From NCBI GenBank assembly GCA_001618615.1, contig LKHB01000181.1, positions 2,210 to 66,209 of the forward strand: a stretch of DNA of 64,000 nt, in the 5' to 3' direction. Positions 1 through 8,551 of the stretch are shown one piece after another. Both the position numbers and the translations under genes were made by a program. The DNA is from Candidatus Fermentibacter danicus. Its GTDB lineage: Bacteria > Fermentibacterota > Fermentibacteria > Fermentibacterales > Fermentibacteraceae. The notes beneath the pieces were generated by a model. It was not told the origin of the DNA and did no database searches. It worked only from the letters and a program-made list of their open reading frames with translations. Position 1 is the stretch's first letter. Every line of letters starts with the position of its first letter.

Positions 1-497
1 TCTCCTCGTAGGTGAGCTGCTGGTCCTCGCGGAGGAGGAAAGGTTCGCGGTAATGGATGGGCAGCCTGTTGATGGCCTCCTCGAGAGAGGCTCTGAGTTC
101 GCGTCTGCCGGACTCGTAGTGAGGGGTCGTGTTCACCGGGCTGGTGAGGTTTACCGAGTCCTCGGGAACCTGCATCCAGTGTGACCGCCTGCGCCATTCC
201 TTCTTCGCCAGGTTGCTCGCGATCGTGAAGATCCAGGTGACCAGCGGCCTCTCCGGGTCGTAGTGGTCACGATACTGGTGTACCCTGCAGAAGGTGACCT
301 GGAGGAGTTCCTCGGCGTCGTCCTCGTTGCCGAGCATCCTGATCAGCAGAGAATAGACGGGGCCCTGGAACCTCCTGATCACTTCCGAGAAGGCAGCCTC
401 GTCCCCCTTGCAGAGCGCGATCATCAGTTCGGAGTCCGTCCGCTCGTCCTTTACCTTCTGGCGACCCTTCACGAGTCTGACAGCCACTTCAACCTCC
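1..497 (-). CDS. ECF-type RNA polymerase sigma-70 factor. N-terminal ~165 aa are visible; the C-terminus runs past the window start.
   Basis: Seen: the reverse-strand translation ...EDDAEELLQVTFCRVHQYRDHYDPERPLVTWIFTIASNLAKKEWRRR...LPIHYREPFLLREDQQLTYEE matches sigma region 2 and region 4 (LPxxxRxxFxLxxxEGLSYEE). A GGAGG motif lies 7 nt upstream of a GTG at ~497. Not in the ORF track because the ORF is open at the window edge. Confidence 0.75.
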
Positions 498-560
498 GAC
501 GGCTGTTGTGAATGCTCTCGTGTGCATATACCGGAACCGGACGCCGTTGTTCCAGGCCGG

Positions 561-1820
561 TCATTCCAGCAGCATCGAGACGGGCATGGCGAGACTCACG
601 GCCGCGATGAGCAGAATGACCGCGATACAGACGGCGTTGTAGAACCTCCCGTTGACGTGGTCGCCCATCTGGGACCGGTCGTTGACCAGGATCAGCATGA
701 AGACGAGGACCACGGGCAGTACGATTCCGTTCACCACCTGCGACCAGAACATGACCGGCATGAACGGGACGCCCGGTATGAGAACCGCTCCGGCCCCCAG
801 AACCAGCAGCGCGGTGTACATGATGTAGAATTGCGGGGCGGAATCGAAGTCCCTGTCGACTCCGGACTCCCATCCGAACGCTTCGCAGACCGTATAGGAG
901 GTGGAGAGCGGCAGGATGCTGGCCGCGAAGACGGAAGCGTTGAGAAGGCCGAAGGCGAACAGATAGGAGCTGAGCCTTCCGGCCAGGGGTTCCAGCGCCC
1001 TGGCGGCATCCGCCGCGCTGTTCACCACGATGCCGGCCGAGTTCAGCTTGACTGCGCAGACTATCATGATGCACGATGCCACGAGGCTCACCATGATGCA
1101 TCCGAGCACGGTGTCGAGCTTCGAGTAGGCGTATTCCCCGATGGGGATGTTCTTCTCGGCCACCGAGGCCTGCTGGTAGAACTGCATCCAGGGAGCGATC
1201 GTGGTGCCCAGCAGCCCTACAGCCATGATCAGGTAGCCGCTGTCGAAGTTCAGGTCGGGTTTCACGAACGCCGTCGCGATTTCGCCCGCATCCGGCCCGA
1301 CCACGAAGAGGGTGAGCGGATAGGCGAGATAGAAGATGCAGGCCACGAGGAAGACACGCTCCACGGAGCGGTAGCTGGCCTTTGTCACCAGGAGCCATAC
1401 CAGCGCGGCGCAGACTGGTATCACCGCGACCGGCGGCAGCCCCAGGATCTCGCCGGCCGAGGCTATCCCGGCGAACTCGGCCATGATGTTGGCAAAATTC
1501 GTTACCAGGATCAGCGCCATGAGAGCGAAGGTGACCCTGACCCCGAACCGCTCCCGGATCATGTCGGAGAGACCCTTGCCGGTTACCACGCCCATCCTGT
1601 TCACCATCTCCTGCACCATCACCAGGAAGACGGTGATAGGGATCATCAGCCAGAGAAGCCGCAGACCGAACTGCGCTCCGGCCTGACTGTAGGTCGCAAG
1701 GCCGCCCGCGTCGTTGTCGACATTGGCGGTGATCATCCCGGGCCCCATGACGGCCAGGAAAACGGCTATGCGGCGGAGGATGCCCCGCCTTCTGCCTTCG
1801 GCGAGCCGCAGGGCCGTCAA
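561..1820 (-). CDS. mntH: NRAMP-family divalent metal (Mn2+/Fe2+) transporter
   Basis: 419 aa polytopic membrane protein. The N-terminal GPGMITANVDNDAGGLATYSQAGAQFG is the NRAMP signature (DPGN-like motif), and the length and hydrophobicity profile are typical of MntH. Confidence 0.9.
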   Translation of the reverse strand: MTALRLAEGRRRGILRRIAVFLAVMGPGMITANVDNDAGGLATYSQAGAQFGLRLLWLMIPITVFLVMVQEMVNRMGVVTGKGLSDMIRERFGVRVTFALMALILVTNFANIMAEFAGIASAGEILGLPPVAVIPVCAALVWLLVTKASYRSVERVFLVACIFYLAYPLTLFVVGPDAGEIATAFVKPDLNFDSGYLIMAVGLLGTTIAPWMQFYQQASVAEKNIPIGEYAYSKLDTVLGCIMVSLVASCIMIVCAVKLNSAGIVVNSAADAARALEPLAGRLSSYLFAFGLLNASVFAASILPLSTSYTVCEAFGWESGVDRDFDSAPQFYIMYTALLVLGAGAVLIPGVPFMPVMFWSQVVNGIVLPVVLVFMLILVNDRSQMGDHVNGRFYNAVCIAVILLIAAVSLAMPVSMLLE

Positions 1821-1882
1821 AACCTGCCGCTCCCGGCGGGGGAGCGGTGTGAGGCGGGGATCATGGTCCCGGCCATGCCGGC

Positions 1883-3157
1883 CTAGTCCGCCAGCCTCGC
1901 GAACCGCGGCAGCAGTTCGTCAAAGGCGTGCTCCAGCGTCACTATGCCCTCCATGCAGAAGCGGTCGTTCACCACGGGCACGGCGTGCAGCCTGAACTTC
2001 ATGAAGATGGCTGCCACCTCGTCGAGGTCGTCGTCCGGCGCGAGCGTGGCCAGCCTCCTGTTCATGAGCCCGGAAAGGGGCGTTTCCGGTGCCGATCCGA
2101 GTATGTGGCGCAGGGAGACGACCCCTGCCAGATGGCCTTCATCGCCGTCGAGGCAGTAGATGTAGCTGATGAACTTGATCTCCGCAACCTTCTCCTCGAG
2201 TATGCGCCTGGCCTCCAGGACCGTGGCCCCGGCGGGGCATGTGATGTACTCGACCGTCATGAGCGTGGCCGCGGTATCGTCCTCGGCCTGGGAGAGCTTC
2301 TCGATCCGCTCCCTCTCCTCGTCCTCCATCTCGGCCATGATGTCCTGCTGGGCGTATTCCGGCAGCAGTTCGACGAGATCGACAGCGGCTGCCGGCTCCA
2401 TCTCCTCGATGATGTCGGCTGCGGTAGCGGAGTCGAGATCCCTTATGATGGCGGCCTGCACGTCCTCCTCCGCCTCCTCCAGTACGTCCGCGAGCTGCTC
2501 GGTGTCGAAGGATCTGACCATGGCCAGGCGCTCTCCAGGATCGAGTTCCTCGATGATGTCCGCCAGCTCACCGGGGTGAAGCTGCTTGAGCTGCTCCTGG
2601 CGGAGCGTCAGCTTGACCGGCTCCCTGCCGGGCGCCGGAAGCGGCTGCACGTATTTCCAGGAGACGAGTTCGTTGTCGAGCTGCCTGTGGAATGCCGAAA
2701 CGACCCTTCTCAGGCCGCCCTCGACTCGCAGGCGCCTCGCCAGGCCCGTCATTCCGATGTCCACGTGCACCAGGAACATCCTGCCGGAGTGGACCAGAAG
2801 ATGTATGTCGTTTACACGAACCACCTTGGCCCCTTTGACGTCTACCACCTGCTTGTCCAGCAGCCCCTTCTGGAGAAGGTGCATCTCCGGGCGCGGAAGA
2901 CCAGACAGCCGCCCTGGCTGGCGCTTCAGCGCACTTCCGGAGAGCAGCGCATCGCAGAGAGCCGCATCCATCCTGATGGACACCGGCCCCTTCCTTGTAG
3001 AGAAGACAGCCGCTTCGATCTCGGGGAACTTCTCGGAGAACGATGCTACCAGATCGATCAGTCTGCCCGAGAACGCCCCATCCTCCGAACGGACTCTTCT
3101 TCCCAACAGGTCGGACATGAAGAGGAAAACGCTCCCGCCCGTCATCCCCATCGCCAT
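1883..3157 (-). CDS. Soluble MgtE N-terminal domain plus tandem CBS-domain protein with a PRC-barrel-like N-terminus and no membrane domain
   Basis: 424 aa. The acidic helical region (ELADIIEELDPGERLAMVRSFDTEQLADVLEEAEEDVQAAIIRDLD...) resembles MgtE_N. The C-terminal ~120 aa (TVEYITCPAGATVLEARRILEEKVAEIKF...LHAVPVVNDRFCMEGIVTLEHAFD) is a CBS pair. No TM segments. Immediately upstream of mntH on the same strand. An alternative start at MSDLLGRR (~3118) is possible. Confidence 0.65.
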   Translation of the reverse strand: MAMGMTGGSVFLFMSDLLGRRVRSEDGAFSGRLIDLVASFSEKFPEIEAAVFSTRKGPVSIRMDAALCDALLSGSALKRQPGRLSGLPRPEMHLLQKGLLDKQVVDVKGAKVVRVNDIHLLVHSGRMFLVHVDIGMTGLARRLRVEGGLRRVVSAFHRQLDNELVSWKYVQPLPAPGREPVKLTLRQEQLKQLHPGELADIIEELDPGERLAMVRSFDTEQLADVLEEAEEDVQAAIIRDLDSATAADIIEEMEPAAAVDLVELLPEYAQQDIMAEMEDEERERIEKLSQAEDDTAATLMTVEYITCPAGATVLEARRILEEKVAEIKFISYIYCLDGDEGHLAGVVSLRHILGSAPETPLSGLMNRRLATLAPDDDLDEVAAIFMKFRLHAVPVVNDRFCMEGIVTLEHAFDELLPRFARLAD

Positions 3158-3178
3158 CCCCGCCTCCCGTTCCCGGTC

Positions 3179-3595
3179 CTATTCGCCGATTATCTTGATC
3201 AGGACGCGCTTGCGCCGTCTGCCGTCGAACTCGCCGTAGAAGACACTCTCCCAGGGCCCCAGATCGAGTTCCCCGCCCGTTATCGCCAGGACGGCCTCCC
3301 TGCCCATGATCTGCCTCTTGAGATGGGCGTCGGCGTTGTCCTCCCCGCGGTTGTGCCTGTAGGAGGAAACCGGTTCGTGCGGAGCGAGCTTCTCCAGCCA
3401 GTCGTCGAAGTCCCTGTGCAGGCCGGGTTCGTCGTCGTTCACGAACACGCTGGCGGTTATGTGCATTGCGTTCACGAGGCAGAGCCCCTCCTTCACCCCG
3501 CTTTCCCTGACGGCGGACGAGACCTCCCGGGTGATGTTCACGAATCCTCTCCGCGAGGGGATCTCGAACCAGAGCTCCTTTCTGAGCGTCCTCAT
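3179..3595 (-). CDS. yjbQ: YjbQ/UPF0047 family protein (secondary thiamine-phosphate synthase-like)
   Basis: 138 aa. Motifs [32 protein letters not shown]...[45 protein letters not shown] are typical of the YjbQ family. Confidence 0.8.
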   Translation of the reverse strand: MRTLRKELWFEIPSRRGFVNITREVSSAVRESGVKEGLCLVNAMHITASVFVNDDEPGLHRDFDDWLEKLAPHEPVSSYRHNRGEDNADAHLKRQIMGREAVLAITGGELDLGPWESVFYGEFDGRRRKRVLIKIIGE

Positions 3596-3605
3596 CGCTC
3601 TCCTC

Positions 3606-3926
3606 CTATTCCATCTCCGGGTCGAACAGGGAGATGCATGTCTCTATCCCGCCAGTACCTGCGGCGCTGTCCCTGATGAGCGCCACAGCGCTCTCCAGCA
3701 TTCCGGAGGCTCCGGCACGGGTTCCGCACGCACAGGCGGCCGCCACCCAGGCCCGTGCGGGCAGATCCGCAGGCCCCGTCTGCGATACGGAGAAGCCCAG
3801 GTTTCCGAGCCTGTCCCGGATCGAGTTCAGTTCGCCCCTACGGTCCTTCAGCGTCCTCGCGCCGTGGAAGCGGAGATCCGCCACCAGCACGCCTATCCAC
3901 GCCCTGGGGGAGGGCTCGCGGCTCAT
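3606..3926 (-). CDS. DUF503 (YlxP-like) small protein
   Basis: 106 aa. The pattern [41 protein letters not shown]...AWVAAACA...[10 protein letters not shown] fits the DUF503 fold family. Assignment is from memory of the family pattern only. Confidence 0.5.
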   Translation of the reverse strand: MSREPSPRAWIGVLVADLRFHGARTLKDRRGELNSIRDRLGNLGFSVSQTGPADLPARAWVAAACACGTRAGASGMLESAVALIRDSAAGTGGIETCISLFDPEME

Positions 3927-3945
3927 CTGCGGCGTTCCCGGCCCG

Positions 3946-6180
3946 TCATGCTCCGTGCTCCGGTGCGTCCCGCTTCAGGAAGAGGGCCGCGAGGGGGGGC
4001 AGGGAGAGCGATACGGAGTGAGCCATCCCGTTGCGCGGCTGCGGGTCGGATGCCGTTCCTCCGAGGTTTCCGGTTCCGCTCCCGCCGTAGGAGGATGCGT
4101 CGGAATTGAGCAGCTCCCTGTAGAAACCGCCCTCCGGCACGCCTATCCTGTACCCGTGTCTGGGTTCGGGGGTGAAGTTGAAGACGCAGATCACGCATCC
4201 GCCCCCGGAGTCCCTCCTGGCGAAGGAAACCACGGTGCTGTCCGTATCGCTGAAATCGATCCACCTGAAGCCCGCCGGATCGTGATCCAGTTCGTGCATG
4301 GCGGGTTCGCGTGACAGGAGGGAGTTCAGATCCCGGACGAGGGACCTGATCCCCCGGTGCGGGGCGTATTCGAGCAGGTGCCAGTCCAGTTGCGAATCGT
4401 GGTTCCACTCCGACCTCTGACCGAATTCGCCGCCCATGAAGAGCAGCTTCTTCCCGGGATGAGCCCACTGATAGCACAGGAGGAGTCTGAGATTGGCGAA
4501 CCTCCTCCAGTCGTCGCCGGGCATCTTCTCCAGGAGGCTCGACTTGCCGTGCACGACCTCGTCGTGGGAGAGCGGCAGTATGAAGTTCTCGCTGTAGGCG
4601 TAGAGCTGCGAGAAGGTGAGATTGTTCACGTGGTACTTCCTGTGGACGGGATCCAGCGCGAAAAAGCCGAGCGTGTCGTGCATCCAGCCCATGTTCCACT
4701 TGAAAGAGAAGCCGAGTCCTCCTCCATCCGGGGGTCTGGTCACGGAGGGCCAGGCGGTGCTCTCCTCCGCGATCGTGAAGGCGCCCGGAAACAGGCTGTG
4801 AACCCGGTCGTTCAGCATCCGGATGAAGGCGACGGCATCGAGGTTCTCCCTGCCGCCGTAGCGGTTGGGGATCCATGCGTCCCTCCCGCGCGAATAGTCG
4901 AGGTAGAGCATCGAGGCCACCGCGTCCACGCGCAGCGCATCGATGTGGAACCTGTCGAACCAGGAGATGGCCGCGGAGATCAGGAAGCCGCGGACCTCGT
5001 TCCTTCCATAGTTGAAGATGAGCGTTCCCCAGTCCGGATGCCTTCCGAGCCTCGGATCATCGTGCTCGTACAGGGCGGTGCCGTCGAACCTGGCCAGGCC
5101 GTGGGCGTCGGAGGGGAAGTGGGCCGGGGTCCAGTCGAGGATGATCCCGATTCCCGCCGCATGCGCCCTGTCCACGAAGCGGGCGAAATCCTCCGGAGAG
5201 CCCAGCCTGCTCGTTGGAGCGAAGTATCCCAGAGTCTGGTACCCCCAGGACCCGTCGAAGGGATGCTCCATCACCGGGAGCAGTTCGATGTGGGTGAAGC
5301 CCATATCCGATACGTACGGCAGGAGCGCGTCCGCGAGTTCCATCCAGCCGAGGAACGGCCGGCCGTCGTCCGGTCTGCGCCAGGAGCCGGCATGGACCTC
5401 GTAGATCGAGACCGGGGAACTGAAGCGCCCGGCGGCGGCTCTGCGGGTCATCCATTCCCCGTCGGTCCACTCGAATCCCGATGCGGATGAGACTACGGAA
5501 GCCGTGGCGGGGCGAATCTCGAACCGGGAGGCCACCGGGTCGGCCTTCTCACGGACGACCCCGTCGCATCCGAGGATCGCGAACTTGTAGAGATCGCCCT
5601 CCCGGAGCCGCGGCACGAACAGCTCCCATACGCCCGACGCCCCTCTGGGGCGCATCGGGTGCCTCCTGCGGTCCCAGGCGTTGAAGTCGCCTGTCACGCT
5701 CACCTGTCCTGCGTTGGGAGCCCAGACGGAGAAGAGCACCCCTTCCACCTCCCCGGCCTTCCAGGGCCTGCCTCCGAAGACCTGGTGCATGCGTTCGTGC
5801 CTGCCTTCGTTGAACAGGTGAAGATCGAGTTCACCGAGCTGCGGCAGGAAGCAGTAGGGGTCCTCCGTGGCCCATGTTGACCCGTCCTCCTTCTCGAAGA
5901 CGAGAAGGTAGGCGAACGGCTGTTCGGGGCCGGGGGAGGACCACACGAAGAGACCGTCGCCGTGTACCCGGGTCATCGGGCTCCCGGCGGGGGATGTGTC
6001 CGGGGAGGTGTCGGTGCGGGCGATCCATGCCCTCGTGGCCGCAGGGCAGAAGGTCCGGATCTCCAGCCTGCCGGAGGGCCCTCCGAGCGGGTGCATGCCG
6101 AGCAGGGCGAATGGATCGGCGGGCGTCGCCTGGACTATCGACCGGATCTCGGAAGCCGTCAGGACGGTCTCGGGTTGCAT
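3946..6180 (-). CDS. glgB: 1,4-alpha-glucan branching enzyme (GH13)
   Basis: Track ORF 3946..6273. Likely start at MQPETVLTASEIRSIV (~6180). Contains the N-terminal CBM48-like region, the GH13 catalytic core (HIDALRVDAVASMLY, GFSFKWNMGWMHD) and a C-terminal domain, at about 745 aa. Confidence 0.9.
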   Translation of the reverse strand: MQPETVLTASEIRSIVQATPADPFALLGMHPLGGPSGRLEIRTFCPAATRAWIARTDTSPDTSPAGSPMTRVHGDGLFVWSSPGPEQPFAYLLVFEKEDGSTWATEDPYCFLPQLGELDLHLFNEGRHERMHQVFGGRPWKAGEVEGVLFSVWAPNAGQVSVTGDFNAWDRRRHPMRPRGASGVWELFVPRLREGDLYKFAILGCDGVVREKADPVASRFEIRPATASVVSSASGFEWTDGEWMTRRAAAGRFSSPVSIYEVHAGSWRRPDDGRPFLGWMELADALLPYVSDMGFTHIELLPVMEHPFDGSWGYQTLGYFAPTSRLGSPEDFARFVDRAHAAGIGIILDWTPAHFPSDAHGLARFDGTALYEHDDPRLGRHPDWGTLIFNYGRNEVRGFLISAAISWFDRFHIDALRVDAVASMLYLDYSRGRDAWIPNRYGGRENLDAVAFIRMLNDRVHSLFPGAFTIAEESTAWPSVTRPPDGGGLGFSFKWNMGWMHDTLGFFALDPVHRKYHVNNLTFSQLYAYSENFILPLSHDEVVHGKSSLLEKMPGDDWRRFANLRLLLCYQWAHPGKKLLFMGGEFGQRSEWNHDSQLDWHLLEYAPHRGIRSLVRDLNSLLSREPAMHELDHDPAGFRWIDFSDTDSTVVSFARRDSGGGCVICVFNFTPEPRHGYRIGVPEGGFYRELLNSDASSYGGSGTGNLGGTASDPQPRNGMAHSVSLSLPPLAALFLKRDAPEHGA

Positions 6181-6497
6181 ATCCCACTTCCCCGGGGTTC
6201 GTGACCGATCGGTGCGCGGCAGGAAAGAGCCGCCCGGAACGACGAGTATAACCGGCACGGGCCCCGGGGGCACCCGCCGGTCTCCGGTTCCCGGCAGGGG
6301 AGCGGCTGCATCATCCGTTTCAGGCTCCGGCGGATCGGGAACAACAGCGTTTCGAACCCGCCGGCCGCCACGCCCGAACCGGCGGCGCCCCGGGCTGTGT
6401 ATCGTGTCAGATGCACATCCGCCCGTTACGGATTATAATGGGAGGACACAGGGCAGGTATTCGTGGAACCCGGGGAAGCCAACAAGTACGAAAGGGG

Positions 6498-7010
6498 ATG
6501 CTCGTGATCATCTACGACTATGGCGGACAGAACGATTTCGACGCCTTCGGCCTCTTTGCCGGTATAGCCGCTTTCGGAGTCGTCGCCGTGATATTGCTCG
6601 GTGTACTCTCAGCGGTGATCTTCTACCTGTTGACGATGCAGAAGGCCCTGAACCGCTGTTCCCCGGCAAACCGGACACTGGAGCCCGGTATGGTCTGGCT
6701 TCAGCTCATTCCCGTTTTCGGCATGGTCTGGAGCTTCATCGTCGTTCTGAAGACCAGCGAATCACTCGGGGCGGAGCTGCGGCACCGCAACATCCCCGGG
6801 ATGGAGAGCAGCCCGGGCAGGGGAGTCGGTCTGGCAAGCTGCATCCTGTCGGCCTGGGTCTCGCTGGTGGGGTGGATACCGTATGTGGGACAATGCCTGT
6901 CTTCCCTTCCCGGGCTGGCCGGCATTGTGTGCTGGATCGTCTACTGGGTCAGGATTTCCAGGACCGTCCGGTTGCTCGACCAGTCGCCTGCAAACGCCGG
7001 AGCGGCATGA
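6498..7010 (+). CDS. Hypothetical small polytopic membrane protein
   Basis: Track ORF 6411..7010. A plausible start is MLVIIYDYGG (~6498). Three to four hydrophobic segments. No recognisable family. Confidence 0.4.
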   Translation: MLVIIYDYGGQNDFDAFGLFAGIAAFGVVAVILLGVLSAVIFYLLTMQKALNRCSPANRTLEPGMVWLQLIPVFGMVWSFIVVLKTSESLGAELRHRNIPGMESSPGRGVGLASCILSAWVSLVGWIPYVGQCLSSLPGLAGIVCWIVYWVRISRTVRLLDQSPANAGAA

Positions 7011-7085
7011 TCAGAGGCGGATCGAGCGCAGTCGGAGCGTCTGTGCAGTCGGCCTGACGGTGGGCGGGAACCGGGAGCCGGATAT

Positions 7086-7113
7086 GAAAAGGCGGAGCGT
7101 TTGCCCCGCCTTT
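7086..7113. terminator. Candidate bidirectional intrinsic terminator between convergent genes
   Basis: Seen: AAAAGGCGG-agcgtttgcc-CCGCCTTTT, a 9-bp perfect inverted repeat flanked by an A-tract on one side and a T-tract on the other. It sits between the 3' ends of the 6498..7010 (+) and 7133..7480 (-) genes. Confidence 0.45.
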
Positions 7114-7132
7114 TCTATACCCAGGAAATCGT

Positions 7133-7480
7133 CTACGCCTGGGGCTCCCCGGACTGATCGGGCTTGAGCAGGTTGAGCTTGAAGCCAAACTGGCCGATGA
7201 GCGGCAGGGGCACGGCCTTGCCGCCGAAGCCGTTGAGGGCGCCTATGACGAGCAGCACGAGGCAGAACAGGGCCCAGAGCCATCCGATGACGGGGATGAT
7301 GCCGAGGAGCATCGCTATGAGGAGAATGATGGACTGCTGGCAGTGATAGAGCACGAACCTGTTCTCCTTGCCGGTCAGGTAGGCGATGAGAAGCCCTATC
7401 CAGGTGATGTAGGCGATTCCGGCCATCGTCTTGCCCTCGTCGATCTCCTGCTGCGTGAAAGTGTAGTTCGGATCCATCAT
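7133..7480 (-). CDS. DUF4870-like small membrane protein
   Basis: Track ORF 7133..7555. Likely start at MMDPNYTF. The pattern KTMAGIAYITWIGLLIAYLTGKENRFVLYHCQQSIILLI is typical of the DUF4870 family of two-TM proteins. Confidence 0.55.
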   Translation of the reverse strand: MMDPNYTFTQQEIDEGKTMAGIAYITWIGLLIAYLTGKENRFVLYHCQQSIILLIAMLLGIIPVIGWLWALFCLVLLVIGALNGFGGKAVPLPLIGQFGFKLNLLKPDQSGEPQA

Positions 7481-7657
7481 ACCCCTTTCGAGTCGAGCAC
7501 GGCCGAGCCGCGCCTCCCATAGCGTGCGACCCGCCCGAGCGGGACCGCCCTCCACGGAACGGGAACCAGTTACTCACGGACACGATATTGTCGTTTATGT
7601 CCGGCGTAGTGTCAACTCCACCGCAACCGGCATATAATAAGGCTTGCCGGACGAACG

Positions 7658-8155
7658 GTGAGCCCCTGCATGGCAGAGCATGAAAGGCCGGAGATGACGT
7701 ACGAAGAATCCAACCTCAAGCTGATTGCCATTTTCCATTACGTCCTGGCCGCCTTCATCGCGATGTTCTCGACGATACCCATGCTGTATCTCGGCATGGG
7801 GATATTGATCAGCCTCGCTCCAGCGGTCTTCGAATCCTCCGGCCCGTCGGCCCGGGATGTTCCTCCGGTCATTCTCGGCTTGCTCTTCGGAGCGATAGGC
7901 CTTGCCGGAACGCTGCTGGTCCTTGTTTTCGCAGCCCTCCTGTTCTTCGCGGGGCGCAATCTCCAGAAGGCCAGGCACATGGATTTCTGCACAGTCGTGG
8001 CGGCAGTGTCGTGCCTGTTCATGCCCCTGGGAACCATTCTCGGCGTTTTGACTCTCCTGGAACTGAACAAGAAGGAAGTGCGGGAGCTGTTCGACCCGCC
8101 GGCACCGGGCGGCCCTGTGCCCCCGGTTGCATCCAGCCCCCGCGTCGTTGACTGA
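7658..8155 (+). CDS. Hypothetical membrane protein (4 predicted TM, Pro-rich C-terminus)
   Basis: 165 aa hydrophobic ORF with no family recognised. Coding status is inferred from length, hydrophobic periodicity and its position between genes. Confidence 0.4.
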   Translation: MSPCMAEHERPEMTYEESNLKLIAIFHYVLAAFIAMFSTIPMLYLGMGILISLAPAVFESSGPSARDVPPVILGLLFGAIGLAGTLLVLVFAALLFFAGRNLQKARHMDFCTVVAAVSCLFMPLGTILGVLTLLELNKKEVRELFDPPAPGGPVPPVASSPRVVD

Positions 8156-8200
8156 GGAAGGGGCCGGAACTAGCTTTTCCCGACGAAGTGGAGGTCGCTG

Positions 8201-8551
8201 ATGCCCGTCCAGACCGATGGCGATCGCCGGAGCAGCCCGAGAGCCAGGGTTGACCTTGGTGTAAGCATCAACATCGAAAACACGCCGGCGATCCCGGTCA
8301 CGGCCCTCAATCTCAGCGCTTCGGGGATATACTGCGTCTCGAAGGAGCGGACGGGCGAACTCACCAGGGTCGATCTGGTCCTGAAGCTCGACGACGAATT
8401 CGTAATCCCGGCCAGAGCCGTCATCATCCGCGAGGAGGAGCTTCCGGACGGCAACTTCGGCCTGGGGATGTTCTTCACAAGCATCCTCGACGAGCACAGG
8501 GCGCTGATAGCCGAACTCGTCTCGGGGACGCGGACGGGAGACAGAGCGTGA
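8201..8551 (+). CDS. PilZ-domain protein (putative c-di-GMP receptor)
   Basis: 116 aa. The RxxxR motif (RRSSPRARV) and the D/NxSxxG motif (NLSASGIY) are the two PilZ c-di-GMP-binding signatures. Its stop overlaps the next gene's GTG start (GTGA). Confidence 0.7.
   Translation: MPVQTDGDRRSSPRARVDLGVSINIENTPAIPVTALNLSASGIYCVSKERTGELTRVDLVLKLDDEFVIPARAVIIREEELPDGNFGLGMFFTSILDEHRALIAELVSGTRTGDRA

Noticed and set aside
263-511. 82 aa plus-strand ORF at the window start.
   Set aside because: It lies antisense inside the ECF sigma factor gene, whose region 2 and region 4 motifs read cleanly on the minus strand.
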